Shown piece after piece: positions 63,771 to 64,000 of a stretch of DNA of 64,000 nt. The position numbers were made by a program, and so were the translations under genes. The stretch covers positions 34,222,127 to 34,286,126 of the forward strand of contig NC_069001.1 of assembly GCF_001194135.2 (NCBI RefSeq), given 5' to 3'. Within the stretch, counting starts at the first letter, position 1, and every line of letters begins with the position of its first letter. Origin of the DNA: Octopus bimaculoides. Lineage: Eukaryota. The notes below the pieces were generated by a model. That model worked only from the letters and a program-made list of their open reading frames with translations. It ran no database searches and was not told the origin of the DNA.

Positions 63771-63870
63771 TATATATATATATATATATATAAAGTGGAT
63801 GGCGATATTTATGGCACACATAGAACAAAAAACCGGAGGGAAAAGCGTAAACAAGCCAAGCCTTTAGTTA

Positions 63871-63936
63871 ATTGGATACGAATCGTTTCATGGTTAAGTG
63901 AATGGAAATTTCACTATTCCAATCTTCAGCCTCAAT
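63871..63936 (-). ncRNA. Type I hammerhead ribozyme-like motif, core intact, GUA triplet
   Basis: Stem I AUUG(A)GG/UCCAAU; CUGAAGA 63929-63923; stem II UGG/CCA plus AGUGAA/UUCACU; GAAA 63889-63886; stem III ACG-AUU-CGU; A17=63877. Confidence 0.6.
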
Positions 63937-64000
63937 ATTCTGATAAATTTGAAAGTGTCTCTAAAAAAATTCACGGTAATCTTTGGCCATGCGACACCAA

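Overview
AT-rich, microsatellite-saturated eukaryotic DNA from a gapped draft assembly (16 N-runs, most abutting (TA)n). The repeat families (tRNA-headed SINEs, RTE 3' tails ending in (GAT)n) look like octopus/coleoid cephalopod repeats; this taxonomic call is inference from pattern recognition. I found no intact host protein-coding gene: almost every ORF in the track is a microsatellite or N-gap artefact. Real coding traces are all decayed transposon sequence: a hAT (Buster/Charlie-like) transposase, Tc1 and maT/mariner transposases, RTE ORF C-termini and a LINE endonuclease. There are also piggyBac-like and Kolobok-like MITEs and four long foldback palindromes. The most interesting signal is a set of eight loci with type I hammerhead-ribozyme-like motifs, most with palindromic stem III, as known for Penelope-like retroelements. 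One is a natural G3-C8 core-swap variant inside a 279-bp palindrome, and another is an inverted ribozyme duplication pivoting on its own catalytic core. All folds were read by eye and need computational and biochemical confirmation. SINE family labels A, B, C and E are my working names.
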